DNA of 64,000 nt, taken from NCBI GenBank assembly GCA_963727505.1, contig CAVSGP010000002.1, forward strand, positions 256,001 through 320,000, given 5' to 3'. Shown here in pieces: positions 61,903-64,000 of the stretch. The notes under the pieces are model-generated. The model did no database searches and was not told the origin of the DNA. It was given only the letters and a program-made list of their open reading frames with translations. The stretch's first letter is position 1. Every line of letters begins with the position of its first letter. The stretch is from an uncultured Trueperaceae bacterium. GTDB taxonomy: Bacteria; Deinococcota; Deinococci; Deinococcales; Trueperaceae. The position numbers and the translations under genes were made by a program.

Positions 61903-62161
61903 CCTAGAATCCTAACGCTGTGCTCTTGGCCTTACCCTGGACAAGAGAAGTCGTCGGACGCTTGATGACGGCCTCCACTCGCCACCCGCATGGGCCAACG
62001 ATGAGTCACCAGACGAACCGATGCCGCGCGGCATTCGCGCGCCGCGCGAGCCCTCGGTCGCGTTCACGGCCTTGCGCTCGTTCATGATTCATGAACACCT
62101 CTCTATTCGTGAACGCACAAGCGCACGCTGGCGCACCCAACTGACACGACACCACACGAAG

Positions 62162-62197
62162 AGCGGCTTCAGAATCTCCGAAGCCGCTTCTTCTTTT
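62162..62197. terminator. Intrinsic terminator-like hairpin next to the tRNA fragment
   Basis: AGCGGCTTC-N9-GAAGCCGCT followed by TCTTCTTTT. Confidence 0.6.
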
Positions 62198-62220
62198 CGC
62201 CGTCCCTGACGGTCTTTCTC

Positions 62221-62265
62221 TGGTGGAGCTGAGGGGATTCGAACCCCTGATCTTCTGAATGCCAT
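62221..62265 (-). mobile_element. att site: 3' half of tRNA-Ala(GGC)
   Basis: Minus strand ATGGCAT TCAGA AGATC AGGGG TTCGAAT CCCCT CAGCTCC ACCA. Similarity starts exactly at the anticodon loop, with no D-arm or 5' acceptor strand. Confidence 0.88.
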
Positions 62266-62371
62266 CCCGGCTTAGAAATGCCGTCCTGTAGCTGGTTTTC
62301 CCGGATTGTCCCTTCCTGACGCACGGCGCGTCCCGGTGCTTCACCCCTCGTGTTGTTGCGTCCTCGCCTGT

Positions 62372-62404
62372 CTGCCGTCAGGGCTGCCGTCACTTCTGCC
62401 GTAA
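62372..62404 (+). repeat. Three 9-bp direct repeats at 12-bp period (integrase arm-type sites)
   Basis: CTGCCGTCA ggg CTGCCGTCA ctt CTGCCGTAA, ~107 bp from the att core. Confidence 0.7.
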
Positions 62405-62959
62405 GAACACCCTTCAGGAAGCGCCCTGGTGTCGGACGCCCGCTGACCGAACAGACGGCCGGCCCCTGGTGGAAGCGCCACACCCTTCACGGCTGGACCC
62501 GCACCTGGAACTTCGTGACCACCCGCGACGAAGAGCCCGCTGCCAGGATCGCTGCCGGGATCGCTTCCGCTGGTGCCTCCTGTCACTCGCTCCTCGATCG
62601 AGCGCCGTTCCGCGCCTCCTACACCGCCGGTACCTGAACCCCCGGCCGCGCACGCCGCCCGCCCGCCCGCGTCAGGACCGCACCGTCCCTGAACCAGCGG
62701 CTCCCTCCGGAGGCCCACCTGAGAGCGCTCGCGATGGACGCGCTCGAACACCCAATCGAGCTCGCGTGCCTCATCCATCGCGGCGGGCACCGGCCCGCTG
62801 ACCGTGTGGCGACTAGGGCGCGCCTTTTGCCACAGGAAGCTGCGGGGTGGAGCGCGCACGGGGCTGTGGTGAGGGTCGATCGTGTCACCACGCCCGCCCG
62901 ACGTCTGGACGTGCCGGAACGGCACTGCCGCTGTAGGCTTGATGGAGGGGGCGAAAGCG

Positions 62960-63592
62960 ATGATCGCCTGGACGAACGTCGTCGTCCTCGTCGTGGCTAC
63001 CGGCCTGACCGCCCTGACCTACGTCAGGAGCGCCGGGCCCGCCGCACTGGAGCGGAAGATCGGCGGCATCGCCTATGCCCGCTGCACGCGATACCGCTTC
63101 CTCTCGGGGATCTTCATGACACTGGCGGGCATCGACTACGTCGTGTACGCCTTCTTCCCCCTTCCCCTGACGCTGCCGCGCACCTTCCCGTGGCCGTACT
63201 GGCTGTCGGCGCTCATCGCCGTCGCGATCGCCGTTCCCTCGGGAATCCTGTGGATACGGGGCATGAGAGACGCCGGCGAGGAAACCATGCTGGTCAGGAA
63301 ACAGCACCAGCTCTACGGCGGCATCTACCAGAGCATCCGTCACCCGCAGGCCGCCGGCGAGGTCTGGTACTGGTGGGTCTTCGCATTCCTCTGCCACTCC
63401 CCGTTCCTCGCCATCTACTCGCTGGTCTGGTTACCCCTCTTCCACCTCATGAGCCGGGCCGAGGAGCGCGACCTCCTGATCCGCTACGGCGACGCCTACC
63501 GCACCTACCTTCAGCGCACCGGCATGTACCTCCCCAAGCGGCGCAGAACCCATGCGAGCGCGAACAACTCAGAATCGCAACGCTCGCGCTAA
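62960..63592 (+). CDS. Isoprenylcysteine carboxyl methyltransferase (ICMT/PEMT) family membrane protein
   Basis: GGIYQSIRHPQ, AEERDL..RYGDAYRTY..RTG. GGAGG RBS. Confidence 0.88.
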   Translation: MIAWTNVVVLVVATGLTALTYVRSAGPAALERKIGGIAYARCTRYRFLSGIFMTLAGIDYVVYAFFPLPLTLPRTFPWPYWLSALIAVAIAVPSGILWIRGMRDAGEETMLVRKQHQLYGGIYQSIRHPQAAGEVWYWWVFAFLCHSPFLAIYSLVWLPLFHLMSRAEERDLLIRYGDAYRTYLQRTGMYLPKRRRTHASANNSESQRSR

Positions 63593-63705
63593 GGCTCACA
63601 CTGCACCAGCGTCGGCTGCCGAAACGCGAGCCGCGCCACGCGCACCTCTCCCGGAGCGCCGTTCCCGCACAAGACTCGGATGCATCTCGTCCACGGCACC
63701 GGAGA

Positions 63706-63800
63706 GCGGTGGACCCAATGTGCCGGACGTTCCGGCTCGGTTCCTTGAGCGCGTTCATGCGCTTGGGCTCGGGCTCGGGCTCGGGCTTGGGCTCGGGCTC
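63706..63800 (+). repeat. Dispersed ~70-bp repeat copy 2, running into a (GGGCTY)x6 microsatellite
   Basis: Aligns with 61111-61180. Hexamers at 63765-63800. Confidence 0.85.
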
Positions 63801-63851
63801 GGCCGGCTATCGTGAGGCCTCGAAACAGACTGTCGGTCGCGGCTGGCAATG

Positions 63852-63899
63852 TGTTCCAATTCTTATCACCTCGTTGGCCATGTGATAAGAATTGGAACA
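63852..63899. promoter_or_regulatory. Perfect 18-bp inverted repeat, putative AbiEi autoregulatory operator
   Basis: TGTTCCAATTCTTATCAC-N12-GTGATAAGAATTGGAACA directly before GTG 63901. Confidence 0.8.
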
Positions 63900-63900
63900 G

Positions 63901-64000
63901 GTGGCGGCCGCGAATCACACCCACGAACTCATCGCCCTGCTTCGGAAGAAGCGTCTCGTCCGAACGCGCGACGTCGAAGAGGCCGGCATACCGCGCGCCT
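63901..64000 (+). CDS. AbiEi-family antitoxin N-terminal wHTH (cut by the window edge)
   Basis: MAAANHTHELIALLRKKRLVRTRDVEEAGIPRA, an AbiEi-like 'R.RD...AGI.R' start, plus the upstream inverted repeat. Confidence 0.65.
   Translation, partial: MAAANHTHELIALLRKKRLVRTRDVEEAGIPRA

Noticed and set aside
62190..62300. Intact tRNA-Ala gene
   Set aside because: No 5' acceptor strand, D-arm or 5' anticodon stem. Only the 3' 45 nt are present.
62341..62925. Minus-strand 194-aa ORF or integrase remnant beside the att site
   Set aside because: No tyrosine or serine recombinase motifs, and poor coding character.

Overview
High-GC bacterial chromosome segment. Gene style, TANNNT leaderless promoters, a c-di-GMP-II riboswitch and Thermus/Deinococcus-like minor pilins suggest Deinococcota (inference). 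Left to right: (1) a four-gene type IV minor pilin/PilX-like operon; (2) a split PEP-synthase/rifamycin-phosphotransferase-like gene pair with an MFS pump; (3) miscellaneous enzymes, a riboswitch-controlled beta-helix lipoprotein, an acyl-CoA dehydrogenase pseudogene and katG; (4) a complete reductive pyrimidine catabolism cluster (PucR regulator, mmsA, aminotransferase, beta-ureidopropionase, preT, preA, hydA, ABC importer), in which one permease carries a large repeated beta-domain insert; (5) small accessory genes; (6) from about 45 kb, an island-like region with AbiE remnants, an AAA/PD-(D/E)XK ATPase, a RelE-like/UvrD fusion and a coupled sbcD-sbcC-addB-like-addA-like cassette whose AddA-like subunit lacks a RecB-type nuclease; (7) the 3' half of tRNA-Ala(GGC) with arm-type repeats (att site), then the start of another AbiEi-like gene behind a perfect 18-bp inverted repeat. 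Several single-base frameshifts, densest in sbcCD, may be assembly errors. All calls come from reading motifs by eye; no searches were run.
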